Shown: in pieces, positions 13,896 to 26,800 of the stretch
How positions within the stretch are numbered: position 1 is the stretch's first letter
Layout: each line of letters opens with the position of its first letter
Position numbers and translations under genes: made by a program
Notes under the pieces: model-generated
Databases searched by the model: none
The model's input: the letters and a program-made list of their open reading frames with translations, nothing else
What the model was told of the DNA's origin: nothing
From: Amphiscolops sp. MND2022
Taxonomy: Eukaryota
Assembly (NCBI GenBank): GCA_964187785.1
Contig: OZ076409.1
Coordinates: forward strand, 87,360,001-87,424,000
Length of the DNA stretch: 64,000 nt
Direction: 5' to 3'

Positions 13896-15889
13896 ACCTC
13901 ACTGAAAGCTCAGAATTGAAAACTAGAGGCAAAACGCCTTTGCACATGACCCAGGTAGCTAATTGCTGACTAAAAACACTACTAGACGAAAGTTGGCTGG
14001 AACGAGGCTATCGAATTTTTCCTGTCTAATTGTTTTGAACGCGTTATTTATTAGATGGCTTTGAGAAAAGTTTCCGACAACGAACTTACAAATTTTTAGC
14101 ATTGTAATCGGAGTTAAGAGGAGAAATACCTTGACTGTGTTTGCGCGTAACACCTTAGAAACGAGAACCATCTCCGTCGTCATAACTCTTCAATATAGGT
14201 GTCAATATCAATGTGATTGTTGTGATAAACTTATTGAATGACTTTTTTATTTCCACTCTCAGATGACATTCGTCATTGATTATGTGCCAATTAGGTCATC
14301 ATGTTAGGGTGGTCAGATGGTACCCAACCGTGGTCTGCACCAAAGAAAAACTATAAAAAAGCGGTAGAGTTTAGTTAAAAGCTTCATTTTCATGCGTCAC
14401 TCTCCAAAACAGGCCAAAAACAAAGCTGTCGCTCACTGTTACTAGAACACAGGCCACTTTAAGAAGCTCCCGGCTATATATATTCCAATGCTGACGTTGA
14501 AACGGGCCACAAGTCGTTCGCGGTGTCCGTACTCCTCTCTCCAGAACCGGTCCCTGCTTTGAAAACGTTGATGAAGCTGCATTGGGTTCCACCAACTTCC
14601 AAAATTGTACAACGTCTGTTCAGTAAGGCTAAAAACATCCGAACACCCCTGCGAAACAGGATCCTTCCAGTGAATTTTGAGGAGAATCTGTACCTGGTTG
14701 TGAATAAAAAGGGGCAGGGACGTTTCGTCACCAGCCATTTGAGCGACAAAATTTTCAGCCCATTTCGGCGACAATAATGTCGCCCAAATGTCCCGTAGAC
14801 TAAAGGGTCAAATATGTTCACAGGGTGCGCGGAAGTAGGTCGAAGGAACGGGATCGAAAATAAGAGTAGGTCCTCAGGTCGGCGGTGGGCGTTTGGATCG
14901 AATGAATTTGCGCGAATATGCAATCTGTCACTGATCTCGAAGTAAAATGGTCAAAGAAAATGAGATCGAATCCATGTTTTCAAATACCTAGCGTTTTCAA
15001 ATAACAATGTTTTGGCCGTCGGATATGCCCCCCATTTCCTCTAATGCCCCGCGGCCCCTTGGGGCCGCTTATGTTCCCATCTTGCTAAGCGAGGTCGAAC
15101 AGGAGCAAAGACCTAGCGGGAACGAAGATCGCGAAGCGATCGTAGTGGGAGCTGGTTTTTGCGACGGTGAGGGCGAGCGTGCATACACCGTATATGATCC
15201 CATATTAGGTGGGGAAAACTACCTAAATAATTTCAAACGCTTTTAAACACTTTACAGGAGCAAAAACCTAGCAAAACCGGAAAAATTCGATCTCAAAACC
15301 TTCGATCCATTTTCGATCTCGCTTTTCGCTCACACAAAAATTCGATCCAAAAAATACCCCACCCCTTAGGTCGACATACCAAATTTTTGAAAGGGATCGA
15401 AACAACTCCGATCGAAGTTTTCATAACGTAGTCAGATATGTTCACATACCCCTAGTGCCCTGAATGCAGGAGCGAAGCGGAGCGGAGCGACGTGCCATAT
15501 AGCCATGCCTCAATGTTGCTACTTGGCGAAGGGAGCGAAGCGACCGCGCCATACAACAATTAGGATAAAATTCGACCGCATTCCATTCGATCCCTGCAAT
15601 TCGATTAAAAGGTTCGAACTCTGTCCTTCCGACCAGAAAAATTCGACCTATTTACAGCCACCCATGTTCACATACCCCTTGCGCCTTAATTGCAGGAGCG
15701 AAGCGAAGCGGAGCGACGTCCATATTGCCATGCCTCAAAGTTGCTACTTGGATAAGGGAGCGAAGCGACCGAGCCATACAACAAATACGAATAAATTCGA
15801 CTGCATTCCATTCGATCCCTGCAATTCGATCAAAAGGTTCGACCTCTGTCCTTTCGACCAGAAAAAATCGACCTATTTACAGCCACCCC

Positions 15890-18800
15890 TGAAAATCCAC
15901 ATTAACAACAACAACAAGCCTGTACAAAAGTCGTACAGTACTTTTTTGTTTTCAAAATCACTCTTGTTCCTTGTCGAGAATTCCCTCGTGTTCAGCGATA
16001 GCTCTAATTCTGGTTTCCAGTGAGCGTTCAAAGAATTTTCCAACGTAGCTGGAAATTGTGACTGGTCGGTATGATGATTGACTGGAGTAGTTTGATTTTC
16101 CGGGCTTTCTCAGAAAGATGACTTTGTTAGTTACTCACGGCCAAGTTTTCTCTTCCATACATTTGTTGAAGAGCCGCAGCAATAGTTCCCGGAAGTTGGG
16201 TCCAGATCTCTTCAGCATTTTGGAGTGGATACAATCCATGTCGATTGCTTTGTTGCTTGTAGTGAGGGTCCTGATTGCATGGTTTAACTCCTGCCATGTC
16301 AGAGAATCGTTACACCAGTGCATTTCGCCATCTGTTTGCAACGACCATTGCTCAATTTATTTATTTATTTTATCGTAGAATTTGTCATCAATTTTTTTTG
16401 AGTGAGATGTTTTCCGGTGAAGAAGGTCTGTCTCGAAAGATCCGCCTTTCCACTGTTTTCGAACAAATAACCGTTTTCGGCCTTCAATAGTGCAAAGCCA
16501 TGATTCACTTCCGACTTGTGTACCTTGCTCTCTTTCTCCCAAAAGTTCTGGTTCTTGCACTTGTTACTTTCATCAGGCCTAGCGTTGGTCCAGCAGTTCG
16601 AATTTTCTATTTACAAATTTTTGATTATGCCTACCTTCTCTTTGTAAATTTTCTCGTTGGTGGGCGTGCTTCTCATTCGGTAACTCCGACGAGCTCTCCT
16701 GAGACACTCACTGGCATCAGTTAGTTCCTTGCACCAGAATGGTTTGGAGTGTATGCATCTCCGTTTTGTCCTCATGGCACCACTTTGCACGTCCTTTAAA
16801 ACTCGGCTTGTTGTTTCCCATGCTTCTTTTGCATTCTGAGGTCCCATGTGAGGAAGCGCCATTTCTGCTTTTTCTTCCAGGTTTGTCTTCCAGTCGTCCC
16901 AATCTACAGCTGATAGATCGTATTTTACCTGAAAAATTTTCTTTGGCGGTTGCATATCTATTGTGCTTAGCAGAGGTATGTGTCCTCGACGGGGTGCTCC
17001 CGTAAACAATTCCACTTCATCGTCTGTGAAGTGTCTGGTTATCGTTGCTTCAAAATTTGGAGATAATAAGGCTAGGTCAATTACATTGTTACCCTGTACT
17101 GACAGGAAGGTAGGCACACCTGGGCCCGCGACACAAATGTCTTGTGTTGACGTTACGCAGTCTTCCAATATTTCCCCATGTTTGTTGATTTTATTGTCTT
17201 GCCACATAATGTGTCTCGCATTGTAGTCCCCAAGAACAAGGAGATTTTCGATTTTATTCACTTTACAGTATTTTCTCGCTTCGTTCAGATTTTTGAGGAA
17301 TTTTTCCAGTAGCTTTTCCTTGTTCGTAGGAATGTATACTAACCCAACAAGTATGGGACAGTGCTCTAGGTACACCACGCTACAACAACTTCTTTGAATT
17401 TAAAGTTAAAACTTCAGTACATGATAATGATTTGTGAATTACCAAGATCTCTCCTCCTTCAATGCAGCTTTGTGCTGTTACATATTCCCGAAACTCTTCG
17501 TCGGATACTATTCGATGCGTTTCGGTAAGGGCGACAATATGCGTACTGTTGTTGTCAAGGTATTTGTTTAAGGCTACAATTTTGTGTTTGCTAAGTCCTG
17601 AGGTTCTTCGGTGTAGCATACTTGTTTTGTTCTAATTTCGACTCATTTTCAGCGTCAATAGTTTTCAGTTGAAGTTTTTGTGGTAACACAATGTTGCGGG
17701 TTTCGTATATTTTTTTAGGGTTAGTAAGTACACTGCGCAGTCTCTTGAGTTCGAATCATGCGGTTTTTCACACTTTGCGCATTCGAGATTTTCCGGCTGA
17801 TGGCATTCACTTGTTCGGTGACTTTGATTACAATTTCCACACTTAATATTGAGTCAACAGCGTTTGGCAATTTGCCCAAATTTTTGACAGTCGTAACATC
17901 TTGTTGCACGAATGAATTCCGAATGTTCATAGATTTGTGGTCTGTAGAAATGGTTGAAGAAAAAGATTCCATCTGTTAGAAGCTTATCTCAAACTCCAGC
18001 CTCTCTGAAGTCAATTTTCACTGTGTTGAGTTCTTTGCCTTCCTTGGTCTTGAATCTGCGAACTTCGAAAATCTACTTGGGTAAGTTATAACTTGATTCC
18101 AATTCTCCAGTTATATCGGTTTCTGAGAATGACTTGTCGATTCCTTTGATAAGTAGACAATGTTTTGTGTTCTGTGTTCCTGGGTGTCTCACCGATGTTT
18201 CGTTCCCAGAAAAGTTTGATTCCATTTTCCGAAGACTTCTTTTGCATCTTGTTCGTTATCAAACTCCAAGTGCAAATTGTTCTGGCTGTTACGGAACGCA
18301 AACAGAAGTCTATTTGACGCGAAAAGCTCAAAGAAGCTTTTCTTAATTTGCGAGCTGTTCTTTAGAGTACTTGTGTCAGCATTGTCAATGATGACGATTT
18401 TATTAATATCTCTACGATCATTCGGTTGTTGAATTTTTGGATTTTCTTGTACAGTGACCACTTGGTTCTTCTTTATAACATTCGAGTAGGTTACGTTTTG
18501 CTTTAGATTTTTCACGACTGTTTCGAAAGAGTCAATTTTGTTTTCCATTGCAGCCAGAGTTTCCTGAACTGAGTTACAGGTATATTTGACTGCGTTTATT
18601 TCTCTTTTTATTGTCTTGATTTCGTTCGTTGTCTGCTGGTGCTCTCTTGAGGCACTTTTATTTATGTATTCCATGGTCTCTTTCTTATGTTGCTTCATTG
18701 CATGTATTCCCGCTTCAAACATTGACTTAACCAAGTCAAAGCAGTTTTCACAGCACCAGAATGATTCCTTGATTTCTCGCAAGGATTTGCATTGTGTTTC

Positions 18801-19000
18801 GCTTAAATTTTCGCAGGTAATATGAAACCAGTTAATATGAAACATTGCACACAAATCTCACTCTTTTTGCCAATTTTTTGTTTACACTTACCACAATTGT
18901 TGTCGCTGGTGGAGGAGGTTCTCTCTTTTGCCATTTCGAACCTGTTGCTCACGGAGCTTCACCAGAGTGATTTAAACGCCAGGTGTCGCTCTCACAACTG
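15890..19000 (-). mobile_element. Degenerate APE-type LINE: ORF1 with PHD finger and three CCHC knuckles, ORF2 endonuclease and RT N-terminus; 3'-truncated. Its 3' part is duplicated at ~9880-10885
   Basis: WFHITC...WCCENC PHD (18189-18854); CYDCQKFGQIAKRC*, CGNCNQSHRTSEC, CAKCEKPHDSNSRDC (~17730-17900); APE motifs ALTETH, GDYNARH, PTF, IDLAL, GHIP (16611-17619); RT ends at VNVDF where the MITE begins. Confidence 0.9.
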
Positions 19001-19312
19001 GGAACTTATAGCTTGTGCAGACCTTGCTTTAGCTCGTTGCCTTGACCACTGTGACTTCTTCTCTTTCTTTTTGTATTTCTGTTTCTTGTTGACTATTACA
19101 CTGAGATCGTTTGCGTGGCGGAATATTGTCTCTGCGAAGTTCACGACGTGTGGTGGGATGAAGTTGCTTCAAGTTTTTCAGGATATCAGGGTTTTGCTGT
19201 TTCCGTTTCAAAAGCAGGTGCCTTCGCACGTCTATAATCAAAATGTTGCTTTTCTTTAGCTCGTTGAAGAACTCAACGGAGCCAGATCTGCTGACGTAAA
19301 GAATCGCAGCAA

Positions 19313-19497
19313 TTACCCTGTACTGACAGGAAGGTAGGCACACATGGGCCCGCGACACAAATGTCTTGTGTTGACGTTACGTAGTCTTCCAATATTTCCC
19401 CATGTTTGTTGATTTTATTGTCTTGCCACATAGTGTGTCTCGCATTGTAGTCCCCAAGAACAAGGAGATTTTATTCACTTTACAGTATTTTCTCGCT
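19313..19497 (-). repeat. Displaced copy of an internal LINE endonuclease segment (17088-17280)
   Basis: Near-identical sequence with a few substitutions and a short deletion between GATTTT repeats. Confidence 0.9.
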
Positions 19498-19649
19498 TTG
19501 ATTTTCTTATTTTCTCGCTAACTGGTCATGCTAACGACGTAACATTTTAAATTGACACTGCTTTCACCCAATTCTTCAAGTGCCACCAGCTGAAAAATAT
19601 ACTTGCTAGAAAATTCTCGATCAATTCGCGGTATTTCTCGCTCTTACGA

Positions 19650-19900
19650 AATTAAGCATAGGTGGTGGTGGATGCGACTGGACACATGATCGATGACAGC
19701 CGTGACATCCCATACCAGTTGTTTACCCATTTCCGAAAGAACATGGTTATGCCATCTGAGATCGGTAAAACCGCGGGATTTAAGCCTTGAAGGCGAGCCG
19801 AGAGATCCCAATGTCTGCTTAATCGTGGATACTAGCATGTGGTTGTACGCTAAACAATTGCAGAAGCAAGACGTCAATATAGAACTTTCAACTGCAGGGG
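19650..19900 (-). mobile_element. Relic of a restriction-like endonuclease domain of an early-branching non-LTR element
   Basis: LGSPSRLKSRG...GKQLVWDVTAVID resembles the 'PS.LEP.G...DG...GK.LVWDVT..D' RLE motif. Confidence 0.65.
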
Positions 19901-20039
19901 GCGAACACTCTTTGTTTTCAATAATCCTGAAGCCCTACCACTACTAATGTCAGATTTAAGATTAGCATGACGTTAGCGTTGGCCTGCACCTCCGTTGCGA
20001 GAAAGATCATTTACACCCTTTCTTTGGACTTTTTTAACA

Positions 20040-21600
20040 GTGGCATGTGTGGGCGACAAAGATGATTGATCCAGAACGTAATATGTTCTTCTTCTTATTC
20101 GACTTTCAAAAGGCGTTTGATACGATCAGACATGATATTCTTTCGAAAAAATACATTAACTTGACCTTTCTGCCAACTTCTACAAACTCCTTGAATCATA
20201 TCTCTGTAATCGCTATTTGAAGGTCCAAATTGATGATGCTTTATCTGAGGCCAGTAAAATTGAGAAAATTCCTCAGGGATCTTTTCTTAGTTTATTCTTT
20301 TTTGTGTTTTTTATCGACGACTTACCCAATGATATTGTATAATTCTCTTCATACCTGTTTACTGACGACCTTTTTTCATCGGTAACAACCCAGCCAATCG
20401 TTTAAAGTCTGATTTATGCCAACTTCAAACTTGGAGTGAATGCAATGTTACTTTTGGGGCAGGGACGTTTCGTAATCAGCCATTCGGGCGACTAAAATAT
20501 CAGCCCATGTCAGCGACAGTTATGTCGTCTAAATGTCCGGTAGACTAAATGGCCAAATATGTTCACATACCCCTAGTGCCCTAAATGCAGGAGCGAAGCG
20601 AAGCGGAGCGACATGCCATATGGCCTTGCCCCAATGTTGCTACTTGGCGAAGGGAGCGAAGCGACCGAGACATACAACAAATATGCTAAAGACTTCAATG
20701 ATATCAGTTAATTGATCAATTTGATCAACCCATTTGGTCGACACTTTTGTCGCCCATGTGACTGACGCCATATTGTCGCCCGAATGGCTGGTGACGAAAT
20801 GTCTCTGACCCGTTATTTTGCAATGCCAAAAAGTGCCAATATCTCATTCTCAAAAAGTCTTTAGGTTTTGAGCCAGAACTGTACATCGAGAAGTTGATAA
20901 AAACGGATGTATGTACGGACTTAGGGCTCGTTACAAAAAGCAACTTGAAATGGAACAACCACCTAGAGACAAGACTATCTAAAGCTCATAAAGTCTATCA
21001 AATGGTACGAGGAAATTCTGCATCGAATACATTAACTCAGTCAAAGCTGCTAGTATACAAGTCCATGGTCATTCCTTCCCTACTGTTCGGTTCAGAATAT
21101 TGGTTTCCGAATAAGTCGGAATTGAGGAAATTGAAATCGTTTAATTCTAGAGTGACCAGATGGATCATACCAGGAGACGACTACAAACAGAGACTATCAA
21201 CCCTGAGTATTTTACCCATATCTTATTTTATCGAGCTCAAGGAATTGATGATGTTATCAAACATAATTGATGATCGATATGATGTAGATATGCAAAGATT
21301 TTAAAAGGGAATTCAATTTGTACTCCCGAAAAAAGCCAGCTATACATTGCGACTAAACGTTTGGTATCGAGCACCCTATAGGGCTAATATACCAGCGAAG
21401 ATCATCAACATTACAGATTCAACATCTTTCAAAAACAAATTACTTAACTTAATGCGGAAAAATTCACCTCAACTTTCATTGAAGATATTATTTGCACTTG
21501 GAGCTTCATTTGTTTATGTGACACTTGCAGAATGACTGTGGCCATTTTCAACTGAAGGCAAACATCCCGCCGTCAACAGGCGGAAATCCATCATACATAT
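20040..21600 (+). mobile_element. CR1/L2-like LINE reverse transcriptase relic, interrupted by a MITE
   Basis: DFQKAFDTIRHDIL, PQGS, YLFTDD, DLGLVTKSNLKWNNHL motifs across frameshifts. Confidence 0.85.
20456..20811. mobile_element. MITE with ~37-bp TIRs (possibly Mutator-type)
   Basis: GGGGCAGGGACGTTTCGTAATCAGCCATTCGGGCGAC vs the reverse complement of GTCGCCCGAATGGCTGGTGACGAAATGTCTCTGACCC; degenerate 9-bp flanks GTTACTTTT/GTTATTTTG. Confidence 0.85.
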
Positions 21601-21959
21601 ATAATCCCATCGAAATAGGACTACGCAGAGTTTTAAGCAACAAAGACTGACTACAATAAGTTTGTACATTTCTTTAAAATTGTTTTCTAAACTTAGTACC
21701 GTTTTCTACAAATTTATTTTCTAAACTTCGAGATATACCATGATGAAGACCGGGCTCTACCCACCTCATTGAACGGATCGGAAGTGGTCAAACTGGAAGT
21801 ATTTGTATTACATGGGTTCCGACATGGCTTCCCAAAAGATAATCAACCGGCCCTAATTTGTGGTTTAAATGGAGTAACATGTTTCAACGGGTTTCAACGG
21901 TTTTCAACGGGTTTCAACGGGTTACAACGGGTTGAGTTTTGTGCGATAACCTGGACTTA

Positions 21960-23125
21960 AAATGACGTGATCAGAAAAATGAAGAAAATGTCGTGGTGGG
22001 AGAAAAAATAGCGGAATCTCGAGACGCAACTGAAAGAAGTGAATTGGCCAGGGTCTACAGAAACCTCAGAGAGTTGGGGGTGAGGAACGGAAACACGAAA
22101 GCCCTGACAGAAGAGTTCCACACACCAGAGGAATATAAAATTCACTTCGAGAAAGGGTCGGCTGAGAGAAACGAGAGGACACAAGAAGAACATATAGAGA
22201 CGAAGAATAAAATCGACGATGTGATCCCGAAATCACAATCCGAGACCCTCGAGAAAGAGATCGAAATATCATAGATGATAAGAGATGAACAAAGTAACCA
22301 ACAGCCGGAGAAGATGGAATCCAATTATTCGCCCTGAAAAATCTGAGCGACGAGGCAACCAACCAACTCTTCAAGCAGCTCCAGGACATGGCCGAGAACA
22401 GCCCTGACACCGGGGACGAACTAGCCAGAAGTGGGTTAGTGGTGCCCATCTTCAAAAAAGGAGATCGGAAGAGTTTAGACAAAAACAGAGGTGTATGCTT
22501 ATTATCAGCCATGAGCCGTATTTTCGCGAGTACAATGGCAACACGCATCTGTCAGTGGACAGAGGAAGAACATATTTGATGATACCCAATGTGGATTACG
22601 GAAAGGAAGATCTACTGCAGATGCGACTCAGAATGTGATCAGGGTCAACGAGGAAGTACTGCGTAGAGTTGCCTCAACAGAAGTCGGAGATTGCTCCCAG
22701 AGTTACCCAACAGCAACCCACCTGGATATCACACGCGTAAATCGACCCTTATTGTGGTATATTCTGGGGAGACTCGGCTTAGGGGGAAGGAGTTTTAGGT
22801 TGATACGCGGACTCCACGAAACGACTTTCTATCAAGTAAAATGCAAGAAAGAAGTGAGTAGCAATTGGACAACCAAGCGGGGCCTCAGAGGAGGATGGTG
22901 CTATTTAACATTAATCACGACGTGGCAATGAGAATGGCAACAAGCGAGAGAGACCCAAATAGCGGGATCAGATGGAAATGCAAAAAAGGCAACAGCTTCC
23001 CTACTACCAACATCAGGAGAGCTAACACCAGCAACAACACGAAGGATTGTAGACTACAGTTCATCCTCCTCGCGGACGACACGACAGTGTTTGGCACTAG
23101 AGATCAGATGGAGAAGGAACGTAGT
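21960..23125 (+). mobile_element. RTE-like LINE reverse transcriptase relic
   Basis: GLVVPIFKKGDRKSLDKNRGVCLLSAMSRIFA, QCGLRKGRSTADA, RGLRG, ILLADDT. Confidence 0.8.
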
Positions 23126-23480
23126 GCGTGTGCTTGTGGTTAGATCACTCTCTGCCAAAATGGTGTCGCAGTGTTTCCGTTGCTGATCAGTCCGCATCTG
23201 CAGCACCGGCTTGTGGGCTTTCTCGGTTCATCAGGTTTTTTGAAGAGTTGAACTTTCAAGAGATTAGAAGCCAATTTTTTATGAAATGTCCGACCCTCGG
23301 CCGTAGTTATTGTGTGGCCGGTCTCTTTATCTGCTGTTAGGTGTTTGTAGTCGGCGCTTTTCTAGGGAAAAGTGCCCGACACTTACAGTGGCTAGTTTTT
23401 TTTCTATTTTTTTTCGTCAGACTACAATCTCACTCTGATTGGGCCACTTTTCTTACAATCGAAACTACTAAAACTACTAC
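23126..23480 (+). mobile_element. LINE/SINE 3' end with (TAC)n-like tail
   Basis: GC-richer segment ending AAACTACTAAAACTACTAC. Confidence 0.45.
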
Positions 23481-23854
23481 CATAAGGCTAAGTCCGGTCA
23501 GCGGAATTTAGTGCAAAAGGTTTCCCCCTTTCATTTTTTACTAATTTAACGTAACCTACAAAACCGGACGTGCCTAAAGGGTCCCCCCTTTGGATTTTTT
23601 CGGCAGTGTGCGACTTTTTTTCGAAAAATTTTTTAATGTCTCAAAAGGGTCCCCTCTTCGAGTTTTTTTCATATTTTGCAACAGAATATATGTTAATAAA
23701 GCTCAAAGGGTCCCCCCTTTTACATTTTTTGGCACTATGCGACGGTTTCTGAAAGAAGAAAAAATTCAAAAAATTTAAGTTTTTTTTCGAAAAAAAGTCT
23801 CTTGCGCTTTTTATGCCTTAGATATAGCGCCGACATTAGACGTTCCCGTATTGT
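23481..23854. repeat. Interspersed repeat with internal AAAGGGTCCCCC / GGCACT(A/G)TGCGAC subrepeats; related sequence at ~6171-6620 and ~12183-12632
   Basis: Recurrent motifs within the segment, shared with the 6.2-6.6 kb region. Confidence 0.6.
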
Positions 23855-23859
23855 TTCAT

Positions 23860-26800
23860 TTAAAATCGGCAATTCATGAATCAGGATTTGTTTCTCTACC
23901 CTAAAACATGTATGGTTCAAATTCTTGTCTTACCAAACAGGCATGTATCTTTGAGTAGTTCAGGACCAGATAATCTGCAAGTTCTCCATCAGAGTCGATT
24001 ATTGTGAAGATCTGCAGTTCTGTCGGTTGAGTTGAATTATATTTCGTCAGTACCTTTTTCCAATTGGATAACAGGCATTCAGGTTGTCCAATCAGATTAG
24101 TTATGGCCATGCGCGGTTTTCATCCGAGAAGTAAATGGAATGGTGTCATTTTCAGCGTATGGTGTTGCCTTTATTTTATCGTTTTAATAGCTAATTGAAC
24201 GCTCCCTTCCGAAATTAATCCGTCTCGTAAATTGGCCCGTGTTAAGGATCTAATAGTTCTTATTGTTCTCTCTTTTTGTTGGGTAACAGTATGTAAATTT
24301 GGCGTGCATTGGACTTGTTCACTGTCACAGAATTCTTTGAACTCGTCACTTTTGAAACAACTACCGTAGTTGGTACGAATTGTCCATGGCGTTCTGTTAT
24401 CTGAACAATATTTGGCTAAAAATTTTGAAACGGTCCGTGTATCCGTGTTTTTACAAATGTGTGCCGTCGGCCATTTACTAAAACGATCAACCGCTACTAA
24501 ATTACATACATCTCCGCGTGTTCCAGATGGGATTGGACTAGCAAGGTCCAATTGTATTTCTTGATTTGGTTCGGATAAAAGTTCCAACTTGTTCAAATCC
24601 GTGCGTGTTATTTGTGTTCTAAGGTTCTTATCTGCGGCTCTGCAACTCGGACAGTTTTTTGATTTCTCTCGGATTTTGCGTCGCAGTCCCAGCCACCAGA
24701 ATGTTTCTGCTTCTTGATCCATCTTTGAGACTGCAACATGTCCCCGATGTAGCATGGCGATAATTGAGCTTCGCATTGCCTCTGGTATGACAATTTTGTC
24801 GTTGTAAAACAGTGATCCAAATCGAGTGGTTGAATCTTCCCGATGTGGCCGATAGGGGTAGAAAATATAATCGATTCGGCAATTTTCGATGGCGGCAATG
24901 GCAGTTGAGGTTTTTGCGACTTCAAAAGTTCCGTCGATTAGTAGTGGCAGATCCATGGCGAACTCTCTTTCGGTCGTCCTGATTGAGTCCGCCGTTTTCT
25001 CGTCGTTGGCTTTGGTATGTAATTTTGCCGTCTATTTCAGTCTGATTAAGTTTATGCTCCGTGGCGTTTGAATTGTCGTAGAACGGCGGTCGGGCATCGA
25101 TCCAGTCTTACATGAGTTGTGTGGTTTTTACCTCCATCGTAATTATTGCTAATTCACGATTCGTGGTTGTTCTGCATAAATTTTTGCAGCGGGGTTGTCC
25201 CAATCAATTCGCAATTATGGAAGATTCCGTTGTATATCTCCATATTTAGCCGTTCAACTTGTTTCCTGCCTCGCTGGCTCGGGCGATACTCTTCTACCCG
25301 CTCATTATCTTCTCCTTACCCGACTATTTTGGTCCACTGCGGCAGTAGGATGCGGTTACGTTCGTTTCTTAGTCGGTCTGTTTCTGGGGAATGTCCACGC
25401 TTTTTAGAGATAAACTCCATGTCCATCCCTTTGATTTTGTCCATTTTAAAGATTGATGGTCGATTATTCGCTAGAAATGAATGATTCCGGACTTTTAAAG
25501 CGTTCGTTCCAGCAGAATGATTGTTTTAGTTCATTTCGCGTGTGTGCGGGCCACTTTGTGATTGGTTGATATTCTGCGGTGGCGGCTGTCCGATGTGTTG
25601 CGTAATACATCCCTTTCGTTCTGTTGAAATTGAACAAGCCATATCTTTGAGTTATTACGTATTCTTCTTCGGCTTCGGTTTCGTCGCGCTCATTGTCTTC
25701 TCGTTCCGTTTCGCTTGCATCACCGCAACGGTAATCATCACGGTAATCCGTCAGCGGAATAGTCTTTCCGGCGGTATATTGAACATTTACATCGACATGG
25801 CTTAATCTGTGTCCAACCACCGCGTTAACTTCGCGCTGTATTGTTTATGCTCTCTGTTGCGCTTAAGTAATGGTTGAAGTGCGTTGTGGTCGGTTACAAA
25901 ATTTAGCTTCTTTCCGTAAACGAAATATCTAAAATATTGGAGGCCACATAATGCCCCTAGTAATTCTAATTCGTTTATGGCGTTCTGTTTTTCACAATCA
26001 GTTGAAAATTTACTTGCAAATGCTACTGGTCCAAAAACGTTGCCTTCTTTTTGCCAGAGAGTTACCCCAAGACCCGTGTTACAAGCGTCAGGTGTTATAA
26101 AATTATCTTTCTCTGGGTTACAATGTGCCAAAGAAGATGCTTCTGTGACTTCTTTCTTTAATTTTTCGAAATCTTTGTCTATCTCTGGTGTCCACTCCCA
26201 ATTACACTTTTCTTTAATATTTTTCCATTCTGTGTGTTTTCTCGGAAAGATTGTTTATGAACTTGGATAGGTGTTGAATTGATCCCTGAAAAGATTTCAG
26301 ATCTTTCGTGTTCTTGGGTGATTGTAATTTTGGATCGGTTCAGTTTTGTCTATTACGGGTTTCACTCCGTTCTGGTTTATATCGTAGTCCAACCATACCA
26401 ATTCTCTTCTGAATATCCCGGTTTTTTTCTCGCTCTCTCTGTAACCGCAGTCTTTGGATAGAATTTCCCGTAATTCGCATTCGTGTTGTTCGATTGTCCC
26501 ATTCGTCACACAAATCATATCATCCAACCATACCGGTGTTTTGAATTCCAGTACTTTGTCAATGTGCTCCTAGTTGTTAGGAATATAGTTGGAATACCCG
26601 ATAATTAGTAGAAGCCTTTCTTAAAGCGGTAGTGTCCCGCGACGTTACCGCCAATTATTGAAAAAACACATTCTTTTGATGCTTTTCCGGATAAATTCGC
26701 TTGGCCATACGCATTGTCTATATCTATCTTCGACATCCAAAGTTCACCGTCGGTTTCTGTGATCTTTGCCGAGGTTTTACTGATCAGTTCTTCCATATTC

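Larger units (their letters stand above)
4874..16899. repeat. Direct tandem duplication, unit 6012 bp (4874-10885 / 10886-16897)
   Basis: ORF track repeats at constant +6012 offset; only a handful of substitutions seen; junction at 10886-10887 has CC microhomology. Confidence 0.97.

Noticed and set aside
21882..21933. (TTTCAACGGG)n short array
   Set aside because: Ordinary 10-bp minisatellite with no associated structure.
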